Positions 1 to 8,999 of a stretch of DNA of 33,754 bases are shown one piece after another (the first letter of the stretch is position 1; every line of letters starts with the position of its first letter). Made by a program: the position numbers and the translations under genes. Below the pieces are notes generated by a model that was given only the letters and a program-made list of their open reading frames with translations, did no database searches and was not told the origin of the DNA. The stretch covers positions 1-33,754 of IMG/VR virus record IMGVR_UViG_3300022178_002680; one strand, given 5' to 3'. The stretch comes from a virus (taxonomy: Duplodnaviria; Caudoviricetes).

Positions 1-2
1 TT

Positions 3-821
3 GGTATGGATCTAGCGAGTGGTGGTCACCTGTCTCATGGTAGCCCACCGAACATCTCTGGTAAGATCTATAGTGCGCATACTTACGGGGTTGACGAGAA
101 TGGTCTATTAGACTATGATGCTATTGCTGAACGAGCTACTTATGTTCGTCCTAAGATGATCGTTGCAGGCGCAAGCGCATACCCACGGGTGATCGACTGG
201 AAGCGCTTTCGTGAGATTGCGGACTCTGTTGGTGCGTTGCTTATGGTCGATATGGCTCACTATTCTGGATTGATCGCAGGTGGCGCATATCCAAGCCCAG
301 TGCCATACGCTGATGTTATAACGAGCACCACACATAAGACGTTACGTGGTCCCCGTGGAGGAGTTATACTTTGGAACAACCCAGACTATACTCGTAAGAT
401 CAACAGCGCTATCTTCCCAGGTACTCAGGGTGGCCCGTTGATGCACGTTATTGCTGCTAAGGCACAGTGCTTCATTGAAGCTGGACGTGAAGACTTTGGT
501 GCATATGCTCAGGACGTTGTGAGTAACGCTAAGGCCATGTGCGATGTGTTTGTGGAACGTGGTTTACCAGTACAGACGGGTGGGACAGACAGTCATATCA
601 TCTTAATGGATCTCAGTAAGAGCAAGTATAGTGGTCGTGAGGCAGCAGACTTATTAGAGAAGCATGGGATAACTGTGAATAAGAATGGTATTCCGAACGA
701 CCCACGTAGCTTCGTAGAGACTAGTGGCATTCGTATTGGTACAGCAGCGGAGACTACACGTGGCCACGATGATCTTTGGTTTTCCGAACTGGCGCATCGA
801 ATCGGAGATATATTGTCATGA
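3..821 (+). CDS. glyA: Serine hydroxymethyltransferase, 5'-truncated by the window edge
   Basis: Motifs GGHLSHG, AGASAYPR, DMAH, TTHKTLRGPRGG (PLP lysine), FPGTQGGP, NKN, SGIRIGT. Confidence 0.97.
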   Translation, partial: GMDLASGGHLSHGSPPNISGKIYSAHTYGVDENGLLDYDAIAERATYVRPKMIVAGASAYPRVIDWKRFREIADSVGALLMVDMAHYSGLIAGGAYPSPVPYADVITSTTHKTLRGPRGGVILWNNPDYTRKINSAIFPGTQGGPLMHVIAAKAQCFIEAGREDFGAYAQDVVSNAKAMCDVFVERGLPVQTGGTDSHIILMDLSKSKYSGREAADLLEKHGITVNKNGIPNDPRSFVETSGIRIGTAAETTRGHDDLWFSELAHRIGDILS

Positions 822-857
822 AAATAGTCGATACTTCGAAAGTTTATGGGATTGAAT

Positions 858-1241
858 ATGAGCGAAAATAACGAGTACGAGCCCGATAATTGGGTAGTGA
901 TCCGCCTACAAGAGAACGATACGTCTGCTCCGATATATAAAGTCCTTGCAGGCGGAGATCGGCAGGTTGGCACAAGAAGCGATACTTGGAGGTTCAATAG
1001 TGGTATCGTTGGAGTTGAAGACGTTGACCATTCGTATAACTTCCACGGGTATTCTGGTTCTGTATATATCTGCAATAAATACAGCTATCGACTAGAGGAT
1101 AATATCTCCCACTTTTATGATAACGTAAAGGCACAACTTGGAGATAGAGTCACTCTTATGGACGAAGATACGGACTGGTTGAGTATTGACTGGGGCGTCC
1201 AGGACAAACACGTATCTGTACGCAAAGATGATACTGAGTAG
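858..1241 (+). CDS. Conserved phage hypothetical protein
   Basis: PDNWVVI...YKVLAG...WRFNSGI...FHGYSGSVYIC pattern recalled from T4-like phage hypotheticals; ATG 858 chosen, 846 possible. Confidence 0.75.
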   Translation: MSENNEYEPDNWVVIRLQENDTSAPIYKVLAGGDRQVGTRSDTWRFNSGIVGVEDVDHSYNFHGYSGSVYICNKYSYRLEDNISHFYDNVKAQLGDRVTLMDEDTDWLSIDWGVQDKHVSVRKDDTE

Positions 1242-1250
1242 GAGATAGAC

Positions 1251-1712
1251 ATGGGAATGAAGTTAGCTGGTATCATGGCATTAGTGACAGTCCTCACTGG
1301 AGGAGCGTTCTATTGGTACTATGCTGATACCCAAGCCAAGATGGCAATTCTTAATGAGAATAACGCCAAGCTTGGCATCGCTATTCAGATCAGCGAAGAT
1401 ACGATCGATCAGCTCCAGGTCGACTATGATGATGCCAGCGAATCACTGATACAGCTCAACGACGAGTTTGTGGCGATTCGTAGGCAGAACCAGACGCTAG
1501 CTGATAAGTTAGATAAGAACGATATAGGTTATCTAGCGTCTAACAAGCCTGTTCTAATAGAGCGTATTATCAACATAGCGACCGACAGGGCTAACCGATG
1601 CTTCGAGCTGTTGTCTGGCGCAGAATTAACTGATACTGAAAAGGAGTCAACGGATGGTAAAGCGTTCAATAGCGAATGTCCTTGGTTGTTTGATCGCTAT
1701 AACACTGATTAG
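1251..1712 (+). CDS. i-spanin (Rz-like)
   Basis: GGAG RBS; single N-terminal TM helix, long coiled coil, two C-terminal Cys; overlaps a lipoprotein gene. Confidence 0.8.
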   Translation: MGMKLAGIMALVTVLTGGAFYWYYADTQAKMAILNENNAKLGIAIQISEDTIDQLQVDYDDASESLIQLNDEFVAIRRQNQTLADKLDKNDIGYLASNKPVLIERIINIATDRANRCFELLSGAELTDTEKESTDGKAFNSECPWLFDRYNTD

Positions 1713-2085
1713 TGGATGTAGCACGGTCCCGCAAAGGATTGAATTGTCCGCAGAGCCTGTTGATAAGCCAAAGTTAGTTCTGCCCGAAGCAGACGAGTTG
1801 TATCTACGAAGAGTTGAATGGTCTGTTATCAATGCCACGAACTTCAAAGAAAAGCTTCTGGGACTGGGTGCAGACGGACATTCTCCAGTATTCTTCGCTA
1901 TTACCGACACCGGATACGAGAACCTTGGTCTCAATCTATCTGACATCAGGGCTTACGTACACCAGCAACAGTCGATCATCAATGCGTATGAGCGGTATTA
2001 CCAAGCGTCAGATAAGGCGATTGATGATGCTAATGCGGTGATTATCGATGCAAAGCAACAGGTAAACGCACCACTCGTGAAGTAG
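1654..2085 (+). CDS. o-spanin (Rz1-like lipoprotein)
   Basis: AAGGAG RBS; signal peptide with lipobox LISG|C; Pro-containing linker; 59-nt overlap with i-spanin. Confidence 0.8.
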   Translation: MVKRSIANVLGCLIAITLISGCSTVPQRIELSAEPVDKPKLVLPEADELYLRRVEWSVINATNFKEKLLGLGADGHSPVFFAITDTGYENLGLNLSDIRAYVHQQQSIINAYERYYQASDKAIDDANAVIIDAKQQVNAPLVK

Positions 2086-2104
2086 ATATAATCCAAAATA
2101 AGTG

Positions 2105-2133
2105 TTGACACGTGTTGCTAGATGGTATATAAT
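2105..2133 (+). promoter_or_regulatory. Sigma70-type early promoter
   Basis: TTGACA-N17-TATAAT. Confidence 0.9.
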
Positions 2134-2167
2134 GTACATATTGAATTGAGATACGAGAACAGCTGAT

Positions 2168-2359
2168 ATGATTATGATTCTACAAGAAGTGAATGAACCA
2201 TCAGATGTTGGATATAAAGGAATATATCACGTAAACGAGCAGGGACACTTGGTAGCCCATCAACAACTGGGAGGTGTACTGAAGGTATTTAGAAAACCTC
2301 TTAGGATGTTCAGCAAGACCAGACGCAAGTTTGAGAAGATCGGAGGATACTATGAGTAA
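2168..2359 (+). CDS. Small hypothetical protein
   Basis: ORF directly behind promoter; basic C-terminus FSKTRRKF. Confidence 0.75.
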   Translation: MIMILQEVNEPSDVGYKGIYHVNEQGHLVAHQQLGGVLKVFRKPLRMFSKTRRKFEKIGGYYE

Positions 2360-2648
2360 GACTGATGTTGAATACGTGATGGTGACTACAATAGCTACTA
2401 TTCGGAAGCGATACTTTATCCCTTCTGATCAAGTACCTACTAAGGGAGATCTAAAGATAGCTCTGGATATGATTGAACGAGATGATACTCCTGTTCAAGC
2501 TAGTATGGAGCTACAGCTAGGAGAGCATGTAGTTGACTATGAAGGTATAAGTGAAGATAACCTGATGATAGTCTTGGATGAGGATCGATTCGACAAGGAT
2601 GTTGTAACCAAGTCTGAGAAGTTAGCGCTGATCAGACACATACAGTAA
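2352..2648 (+). CDS. Hypothetical protein
   Basis: GGAGG RBS before ATG 2352; overlaps upstream stop. Confidence 0.75.
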   Translation: MSKTDVEYVMVTTIATIRKRYFIPSDQVPTKGDLKIALDMIERDDTPVQASMELQLGEHVVDYEGISEDNLMIVLDEDRFDKDVVTKSEKLALIRHIQ

Positions 2649-2663
2649 CGGTTGGATCAAAAG

Positions 2664-2903
2664 ATGATTACGATATATGGAGCGCCTGGATGTGTGTATT
2701 GCACGAAATGTACTCAGCTAGCAGATACGTTTGAACTTGATTATAAGTACAAAAATATCTTAGAGCATCCCGAGGAGTTTTTGGAGCAATTTCCTGAGAT
2801 TCCGGGTGTACCACAAATAGTTTGGGGAGACCGTAAGATTGGTGGTTACCCAGATTTTGCTCAAGCAGTGAATGATAATATTAATGATGGAGAAACAATA
2901 TGA
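2664..2903 (+). CDS. Glutaredoxin (T4 NrdC-like)
   Basis: CVYC active site, VPQI cis-Pro motif, IGGY. Confidence 0.9.
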   Translation: MITIYGAPGCVYCTKCTQLADTFELDYKYKNILEHPEEFLEQFPEIPGVPQIVWGDRKIGGYPDFAQAVNDNINDGETI

Positions 2904-3172
2904 CTAAAGATGATATCTTAGCAACAATGCGACTTGACGATGTGAGTATCGAGTTCGTGAAAGTCGATGGCACCATGCGAACTATGGTAGCTACCTTAAA
3001 TGAGGATAAGATCGTATCTACTCCAGCGGAGGCTAAGCCTGGCGCAGTAGCTCGTAAAACAAACACCGAAAGCTGCTCGGTGTGGGACGTCGAAGGAAGT
3101 GCTTGGAAAGCATTTCGTTGGGCAAATCTTAGATCGGTAAATGGGACACAATTGCCAGATGGCCTTAGCTAA
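2900..3172 (+). CDS. SH3/WYL-like small protein (DUF2693-like)
   Basis: FVKVDGTMRTMxATL...VWDVE...WKAFR pattern; GGAG RBS; ATGA overlap. Confidence 0.65.
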   Translation: MTKDDILATMRLDDVSIEFVKVDGTMRTMVATLNEDKIVSTPAEAKPGAVARKTNTESCSVWDVEGSAWKAFRWANLRSVNGTQLPDGLS

Positions 3173-4091
3173 TAACGTACAAGCAACGATAGCTCTTATC
3201 AAGAGAGATGTTAATCAGACTATTCTTAATCAAGTGACATTCATCACGAGTGAGTCACAGAAGAGTACGAAGTCCATCACGTTATACATGCCCAATGAAG
3301 CTGCCGACGATCCCGCCGTGCAGCATCTCGCCGATGGTGGTTGGAATAAGTACACTTGTATCGTATTCCTTACCCATTGGCAACAAAGCATGTATAACTT
3401 GTTTCTTGGCGTTCCTTATAGTGCTGGTATTGTGATGCCAAATGCGATCGATGTTATAGCAAAAGCACCTAAGCCATCTACCGGAGTAAACCTTCTGTTC
3501 GTTGGTGACCCAAGAAATGGTCTCGATATAGCGTTCTCGGCATTTAAGAAACTCTCTCCTAAAAATCCAGATATGTTGTTGTACGTCTTTACTGACTTCA
3601 GTGTCTACGGAGGTCTCAAGGATAAGAATAACAAATTACATGCGAAGTTTGCTGCTGAAGTTAGAAGTCATCCAAAGGTCATATTCCATACCAATGAGGC
3701 CGACTATCTAGGACTAACTAGACGTGTGCCCGTACTAGACGTGTGCCACATACTACTCTTTCCGAACATATATCCAGCGGCAACACACACTCCCCTGCTA
3801 GAGTGCATGTCTGCCGAAATGATGTGTATACACTCATCATATGGGTCTTTTCCTGAGATATCCAGAGGTCTAACCTCGATGTACGGTTACTCCGAAGATA
3901 AAGAGATCCACCTGAATACGTTCTATCAAGAGCTAGCCAATGCTGTTGCTTTATATGGCAGACTTGGACCTAGACGAAATATCGCTATGAAGTTGGCACA
4001 GGATAAGACATTTATAGATACCACGTATTCATGCAAGAGTCGAAGTATTCAGTGGACTGATTTTCTGCTAAACTTGTTGACAAACCAATAA
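3159..4091 (+). CDS. GT-B (GT4-like) glycosyltransferase homologue, divergent
   Basis: VFLTHWQ, VMPNAID, PRNGLD, HILLFP...LLECMSA...YGSFPEI; first Glu of EX7E motif is Ala. Confidence 0.75.
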   Translation: MALANNVQATIALIKRDVNQTILNQVTFITSESQKSTKSITLYMPNEAADDPAVQHLADGGWNKYTCIVFLTHWQQSMYNLFLGVPYSAGIVMPNAIDVIAKAPKPSTGVNLLFVGDPRNGLDIAFSAFKKLSPKNPDMLLYVFTDFSVYGGLKDKNNKLHAKFAAEVRSHPKVIFHTNEADYLGLTRRVPVLDVCHILLFPNIYPAATHTPLLECMSAEMMCIHSSYGSFPEISRGLTSMYGYSEDKEIHLNTFYQELANAVALYGRLGPRRNIAMKLAQDKTFIDTTYSCKSRSIQWTDFLLNLLTNQ

Positions 4092-4105
4092 GCTCATGTT
4101 ATACT
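4077..4105 (+). promoter_or_regulatory. Sigma70 promoter with extended -10
   Basis: TTGACA-N17-TATACT with TG upstream of the -10. Confidence 0.85.
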
Positions 4106-4133
4106 ACACTCTAAACTGAATGGAGCAAATCGC

Positions 4134-5285
4134 ATGGCTAAAGTAACAACCAAAGCCGCACCCCGCAAAAGTAAGTCACAGCGACAGGTAGAAGAAGGTC
4201 ATATCGGTCGTGAGACCGTTGATTGGTCTGTCGTCAAGCCTGCTGCATACAAGAAGAATCTTGATGATACCATACGTCATTATGGGTACTTTTATGAGAA
4301 GAAGGCATACTGTCAGTGGGTCGAGAGTTGGATGGCACAGTATATGCCGGAGGGTGTTGAGTATTACTCCTACGCAGAATCTTGGATGTCTTCGTCAACA
4401 TTGGCAGGTCTATGCAGGATGGAGATGAATGGTTGCGTACTGAGCGCTAAGAATAAAGCAACTCAGTTGATGTGGGCAGAAGAGATCATCGAACGTGGTA
4501 AGTTCAATAAAGCGAGTATCCCAGCCGAAGTTACAGCAAAGTCTGAAGTGAAGCGCAAGACTCCTGTCGAGCTTTTAGCCGAAAAGACTGCCGATTTTCT
4601 CGGCGAGATCGAAGGATTCATTGATGAGTTTTTGGCTGGTACCCTTGATAAGGACTGGTCTATCTATAATGAGATGAAGAAGGCTGGTTCTGCTGCGCAG
4701 ACGGCACGAGATGCTGGCGCTGTCTACATGGTTATGCAAGAGGAGTTACGAGAGCTTGTCTTTGATAAGACTGAGGAGCTACTCGAAGGCTATAATAACC
4801 TTGGCGTTCGTAAGCAGAAAGCGTTCTACACTTTCGTATCCAATATCGTAGAGGATTGCGAGAAGTACTTGATCAGTAAGAAGGCCACTCGTAAGCCACG
4901 TGCTAAGAAAGCAACACCCGCTAGTACTCAAGTCGCCAAGGTGTTATACCTTAAAGAATCCAAAGAGTATAAGATCACTAGTGTTGATCCCGTGAAGCTC
5001 GTTGGTGCTCAGGCAGTCTACTTATTCAATACAAAGACTCGTGTTCTGAAGTATCTAGTCAGTAATCGGCGAGAAGGATTCATCGTCAAGGGCAGTACGA
5101 TTCAGGGATTCGACGAGGAACTGTCGATTAAGAAGATGCTGAGAAAGCCTGAAGAGATGTTAGAGTTGGTTGGTAAAGGAACCAAAGCTAAGGCACTTAA
5201 AGGATTCAAAGCACTGACTACCAAAGAGAGTGCGTCTGATGGACGTATTAATAGAGAGACTATCATTCTGAAGGTACTGAACTAA
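4134..5285 (+). CDS. Hypothetical protein, Lys-rich, 383 aa
   Basis: Long ORF with GGAG RBS behind promoter; function not recognised. Confidence 0.85.
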   Translation: MAKVTTKAAPRKSKSQRQVEEGHIGRETVDWSVVKPAAYKKNLDDTIRHYGYFYEKKAYCQWVESWMAQYMPEGVEYYSYAESWMSSSTLAGLCRMEMNGCVLSAKNKATQLMWAEEIIERGKFNKASIPAEVTAKSEVKRKTPVELLAEKTADFLGEIEGFIDEFLAGTLDKDWSIYNEMKKAGSAAQTARDAGAVYMVMQEELRELVFDKTEELLEGYNNLGVRKQKAFYTFVSNIVEDCEKYLISKKATRKPRAKKATPASTQVAKVLYLKESKEYKITSVDPVKLVGAQAVYLFNTKTRVLKYLVSNRREGFIVKGSTIQGFDEELSIKKMLRKPEEMLELVGKGTKAKALKGFKALTTKESASDGRINRETIILKVLN

Positions 5286-5644
5286 TGTCAACGATAATCG
5301 ATTTCGAAGCGGCACGAAAGAAGATCAAAGCGCAAGACGATGCCGTCGAGATGACTGTAAATCAGAGCGAGCTTTCCATGGCAAAGTACTTCGCCGTCAG
5401 CTCAGCTAAGGACATCGTTGCAGGGCTGGAGCTGATAGGAGTCAAAATCGACGCTAATCCTCTGGCTGTGCTGGAGATTCGGGTGTTGATCGATACCATA
5501 GAGGCATTATTCTATAGGACAGTTGGAGAGGAGCATCCATTTCATACTATATCGAATAGCATATATGCACATGAGGACGTAGACTACTCGAAGTTACTTG
5601 GTGAGTTTTTGGAAGACCTATATGTAGACGATGAAGATGTGTGA
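5285..5644 (+). CDS. Hypothetical protein
   Basis: TAATG coupling to upstream gene; acidic C-terminus. Confidence 0.8.
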   Translation: MSTIIDFEAARKKIKAQDDAVEMTVNQSELSMAKYFAVSSAKDIVAGLELIGVKIDANPLAVLEIRVLIDTIEALFYRTVGEEHPFHTISNSIYAHEDVDYSKLLGEFLEDLYVDDEDV

Positions 5645-5652
5645 GATATTAC

Positions 5653-5681
5653 TTGACAACCCGCATAAACTATGTTATTAT
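5653..5681 (+). promoter_or_regulatory. Sigma70 promoter for rnh
   Basis: TTGACA-N17-TATTAT with TG extension. Confidence 0.75.
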
Positions 5682-5713
5682 TAGACCTCAATAGATAAAG
5701 CTGGAGATACATT

Positions 5714-6565
5714 ATGATACTGGTAGACTTGAATCAAGTTATGATTTCAAACATGATGGCACAGATTGGTAGCCACACTAACGCCCAAGTTGATGAGAAT
5801 ATGCTACGGCATATGATCTTGAACACCTTGCGCATGAATCGTCAAAAGTTCACGCAAGAGTTCGGCGAGCTGTTGATCTGCTGTGACGATAAGAACTATT
5901 GGCGACGACAGGCATATCCGTACTATAAGGCGAATCGTCGGAAGTCCCGTGAGAAGTCGGAGTTAGATTGGAATTCGATCTTCGCTGCATTGAATAACAT
6001 TCGAGAGGAACTGAAAGAGTTCTTCCCGTACAAGGTCATGCAGATTGAGACGTGTGAAGCGGATGATATCATTGGCACCATCGTCCATAAAGAGGGCAAA
6101 GTACTGAACTCGGGTGAGCCTATTTTGATTCTGTCTGGCGATAAAGACTTTGCACAGTTGCATACATACGCTAACGTCAAGCAGTACGATCCTACTCGTA
6201 AGCGCTGGATCTCTCAGTCTAACCCAGAAGAGTTCTTGTTTGAACACATTCTTCGTGGTGATGCTAGTGATGGCGTGCCAAACGTACTATCAGCAGACAA
6301 TGCACTTGTTATGAACATCCGTCAGCGTCCGGTCACTAAAAAGCGGATACTAGAATGGGTGGACATAAATAAAATGGATAGTGAAGTAAAACGGAACTAT
6401 ATGAGAAATAAGTCAATGATTGACCTGACTGAGATTCCAAAATCGATCCAAGAGACGATTCTGGAAAGCTACGCTGAAGAGAACACCAAAGATCGAAGTC
6501 AGTTGATGAATTACTTTATTAAAAACAAACTTAAGAACTTAATGCCTAGCATAACGGAGTTTTAA
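5714..6565 (+). CDS. rnh: T4-type RNase H (5'-3' exonuclease, FEN family)
   Basis: MILVDLNQ, YWRR..YPYYKANR, EADDIIG, ILSGDKDF, GDASDGVPN. Confidence 0.95.
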   Translation: MILVDLNQVMISNMMAQIGSHTNAQVDENMLRHMILNTLRMNRQKFTQEFGELLICCDDKNYWRRQAYPYYKANRRKSREKSELDWNSIFAALNNIREELKEFFPYKVMQIETCEADDIIGTIVHKEGKVLNSGEPILILSGDKDFAQLHTYANVKQYDPTRKRWISQSNPEEFLFEHILRGDASDGVPNVLSADNALVMNIRQRPVTKKRILEWVDINKMDSEVKRNYMRNKSMIDLTEIPKSIQETILESYAEENTKDRSQLMNYFIKNKLKNLMPSITEF

Positions 6566-6566
6566 C

Positions 6567-7043
6567 ATGACTACAGAATCATTAGCAGAGATTATCACAC
6601 AGGTATGTGCCATCGAGCAGACTGCTGATAAAGTTGCGTACCTACAGAAGAATAACTCGATCCCATTGAGAAATATTCTAATCTTTATGTACGACAAGAA
6701 GTTCACATTCAGCATTCCTTCGACTGCCCCACCCTACACGCCTTCGGTGCATAACGAATCGCATGGTCTGTTGTATCGAGAGGCTAGGAAGATTGTATAT
6801 CTGATCAACGAATTGACTGAAGGTGAGAATCTGAGCCAGATTAAACGAGAGTCTTTGTTTATCCAAATACTAGAAGCTGTTGATCGAGAAGATGCAAAGT
6901 TGTTAGTTCGAATGTTATCAAAGACTCCATATCCAGAACTACCTGTCGAGGTGATCATTGAAGCTTTTGGGCCAATCATTAGCGATCCCGTAGCAGTTGG
7001 TGAAGTAAAGCGTGGTCGTGGTCGACCTAGAAAAGTAGTATAA
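6567..7043 (+). CDS. Conserved T4-like hypothetical protein (DUF6433-like) with C-terminal AT-hook
   Basis: PPYTP...KRESLFIQILE...DAKLL pattern; ends KRGRGRPRK. Confidence 0.7.
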   Translation: MTTESLAEIITQVCAIEQTADKVAYLQKNNSIPLRNILIFMYDKKFTFSIPSTAPPYTPSVHNESHGLLYREARKIVYLINELTEGENLSQIKRESLFIQILEAVDREDAKLLVRMLSKTPYPELPVEVIIEAFGPIISDPVAVGEVKRGRGRPRKVV

Positions 7044-7071
7044 CGTTAACCTAAAGTAAGAGTGTGTATCA

Positions 7072-7236
7072 ATGTCCAAAGAAATGAAGTTTCGTGAGTG
7101 GATCGAAGAAGATAATGCGAGAGAGTCTATCGGTAAAAAGAAAGACTCTAAGCGATACGATAAACGAAAAGCCGACATCCAAAAGGCTAGACGAGAGAAG
7201 AGATCTTATAAGGACTCGGATTCGTTTTTCGACTGA
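7072..7236 (+). CDS. Small highly charged protein (54 aa, absent from ORF track)
   Basis: Hand translation MSKEMKFREWIEEDNARESIGKKKDSKRYDKRKADIQKARREKRSYKDSDSFFD. Confidence 0.7.
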   Translation: MSKEMKFREWIEEDNARESIGKKKDSKRYDKRKADIQKARREKRSYKDSDSFFD

Positions 7237-7239
7237 TCG

Positions 7240-7268
7240 TTGACACTGCTAACAATATATGATACAAT
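7240..7268 (+). promoter_or_regulatory. Sigma70 promoter
   Basis: TTGACA-N17-TACAAT with TG extension. Confidence 0.85.
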
Positions 7269-7298
7269 GTGATATAACAACTTAATAAAGAGATTGAT

Positions 7299-7883
7299 AT
7301 GAGAATTAGTGAAAAGTTAGTACTTGTCGACTGTGATGGCGTTCTTCTAGATTGGCTATACACCTTTAATAACTGGATGAGTGAGCACGGATATAAGCAA
7401 GCCGCCAATGTCGATACCTACGATTTATCGGTAGTGTACGGCATGGACAAGTCAACTATGTCCGGCCACATAAAGAACTTTAATGAAAGTGCTGCAATTG
7501 GATATCTTCCGCCTCTACGAGATGCTGTTAAGTATGTTCGTAAGATGCACGAGGAACTTGGATGTGTCTTTCACTGCATCACCAGTCTAAGTCTAAACCA
7601 GTATGCTGGAACCCTACGAAAGCAGAATATCGAGAATCTGTTCGGGAAGACTGCATTTGAGAAGATCGTCTGTCTCGATACTGGCGCAGATAAAGATGAA
7701 GCTCTGCTGCCGTACATCGATAGTGGATGCTTATGGATAGAGGACAAGGTACCAAACGCTGAGCTGGGAGTTAAGATGGGACTGACCTCGGTGCTTGTTC
7801 GACACAGCTTCTCTAAGGACTACGTCAATGATGATGTTGTGGTCGTCGACACTTGGAAAGAAATCTACGAAATGCTGTCGTGA
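7299..7883 (+). CDS. HAD-family 5'(3')-deoxyribonucleotidase (T4 30.2-like)
   Basis: DCDGVLLDW motif I, ITS motif II, K, WIEDK motif IV. Confidence 0.85.
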   Translation: MRISEKLVLVDCDGVLLDWLYTFNNWMSEHGYKQAANVDTYDLSVVYGMDKSTMSGHIKNFNESAAIGYLPPLRDAVKYVRKMHEELGCVFHCITSLSLNQYAGTLRKQNIENLFGKTAFEKIVCLDTGADKDEALLPYIDSGCLWIEDKVPNAELGVKMGLTSVLVRHSFSKDYVNDDVVVVDTWKEIYEMLS

Positions 7884-7894
7884 GTTTCCTTCGA

Positions 7895-7902
7895 TATAAA
7901 TA
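7895..7902 (+). promoter_or_regulatory. T4 late (gp55) promoter
   Basis: Exact TATAAATA, intergenic. Confidence 0.75.
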
Positions 7903-7925
7903 TCCTTGAAGGGTACACTATGATT

Positions 7926-7949
7926 AGACAGCCCCGTGCTGTCTTTTTT
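7926..7949 (+). terminator. Intrinsic terminator-like hairpin
   Basis: AGACAGC-CCCGT-GCTGTCT followed by T run. Confidence 0.65.
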
Positions 7950-7976
7950 ATTAAAGATAATGGAGATATTGACACA

Positions 7977-8213
7977 ATGCCTATATATACTTTTGTGGAT
8001 AACACAACTGGTGAAGAACTTGAATTTGTTATGAAATTTGATGAACGAACTGAGTACCTACTCGCCAATCCAAATATTACGCAAACGATAACTTCAGCGC
8101 CAGCTTTAGGAGATGCTGCACGCCTGGGAGTCACCAAGACTCCAGATAGTTTTAATTCACTGATGAAACACATACACCGAAACAACCCCGGATCTACAAT
8201 CGAAACTAGATAA
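7977..8213 (+). CDS. Small conserved phage protein (FmdB-like N-terminus, no Cys)
   Basis: GGAG RBS; MPIYTF..TGEE...YL..NP; lies just upstream of phoH. Confidence 0.7.
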   Translation: MPIYTFVDNTTGEELEFVMKFDERTEYLLANPNITQTITSAPALGDAARLGVTKTPDSFNSLMKHIHRNNPGSTIETR

Positions 8214-8229
8214 TCATAAGGATATTTAC

Positions 8230-8991
8230 ATGTCTGCACAGCGTCGAGAGAGAAGTGGAAAACGAGAGAAAAAAGCATTCGGACAGCAAGGCCCCAATCC
8301 CCTAGAAGCAGTACACCAACCTTCCACTGGAATCACACTCAGCACTAAAGTAGCACCAATGACAGAGAACCAACGCATAGCATTTGATGCTTGGGACGAT
8401 GGCTCCAACCTAATGCTTCATGGCATTGCCGGAACCGGTAAGACATTCTTGGGGCTATACTTCGCACTCAAGTCTGTTATGGAAAAGAACTCTGTACATA
8501 AGAAAGTGTTTGTTGTTAGATCAATCGTACCTACTCGAGAAATAGGTTTTCTCCCTGGCTCCGAAAAAGAAAAAATGAAAGTGTACGAAGCACCTTACTA
8601 CGACATCGCAACCAAGATATTCAATCGAGGTGATGCGTACGAAATCCTGAAACAGAAGAACTGTGTTGAGTTTATTTCGACATCATTTCTGCGAGGAGCA
8701 ACATTTGATGATTGCATCATTCTGGTGGACGAAGTTCAGAACATGAGTGACCAAGAGTTGCACACTGTCATGACCCGAGTTGGCGAGAATTGTCGAATAA
8801 TCTTTTGTGGTGACGTTAAACAAGACGATTTGACGAGCGAGCGTAAGAAAGAGATATCTGGTCTACGTGTATTCATGAAGGTCATTGAGCGTATGAGAGA
8901 GTTCGACTTCATCGAATTTGTTATCGACGATATCGTTAGAAGCCAGTTGGTCAAATCCTATATAATCGAACGAGACAAACAAGGACTATAA
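8230..8991 (+). CDS. phoH: PhoH-family ATPase
   Basis: GIAGTGKT, RSIV..REIGFLPG, FLRGATF, DEVQN, TRVGENCRIIFCGD..Q, DIVRS. Confidence 0.95.
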   Translation: MSAQRRERSGKREKKAFGQQGPNPLEAVHQPSTGITLSTKVAPMTENQRIAFDAWDDGSNLMLHGIAGTGKTFLGLYFALKSVMEKNSVHKKVFVVRSIVPTREIGFLPGSEKEKMKVYEAPYYDIATKIFNRGDAYEILKQKNCVEFISTSFLRGATFDDCIILVDEVQNMSDQELHTVMTRVGENCRIIFCGDVKQDDLTSERKKEISGLRVFMKVIERMREFDFIEFVIDDIVRSQLVKSYIIERDKQGL

Positions 8992-8994
8992 ATA
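8987..8994 (+). promoter_or_regulatory. T4 late promoter
   Basis: Exact TATAAATA overlapping phoH stop, upstream of the PAAR cluster. Confidence 0.8.
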
Positions 8995-8999
8995 GCACT

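Noticed and set aside
818-871. 17-codon ORF overlapping the glyA stop
   Set aside because: Too short to support, although a GGAG lies upstream
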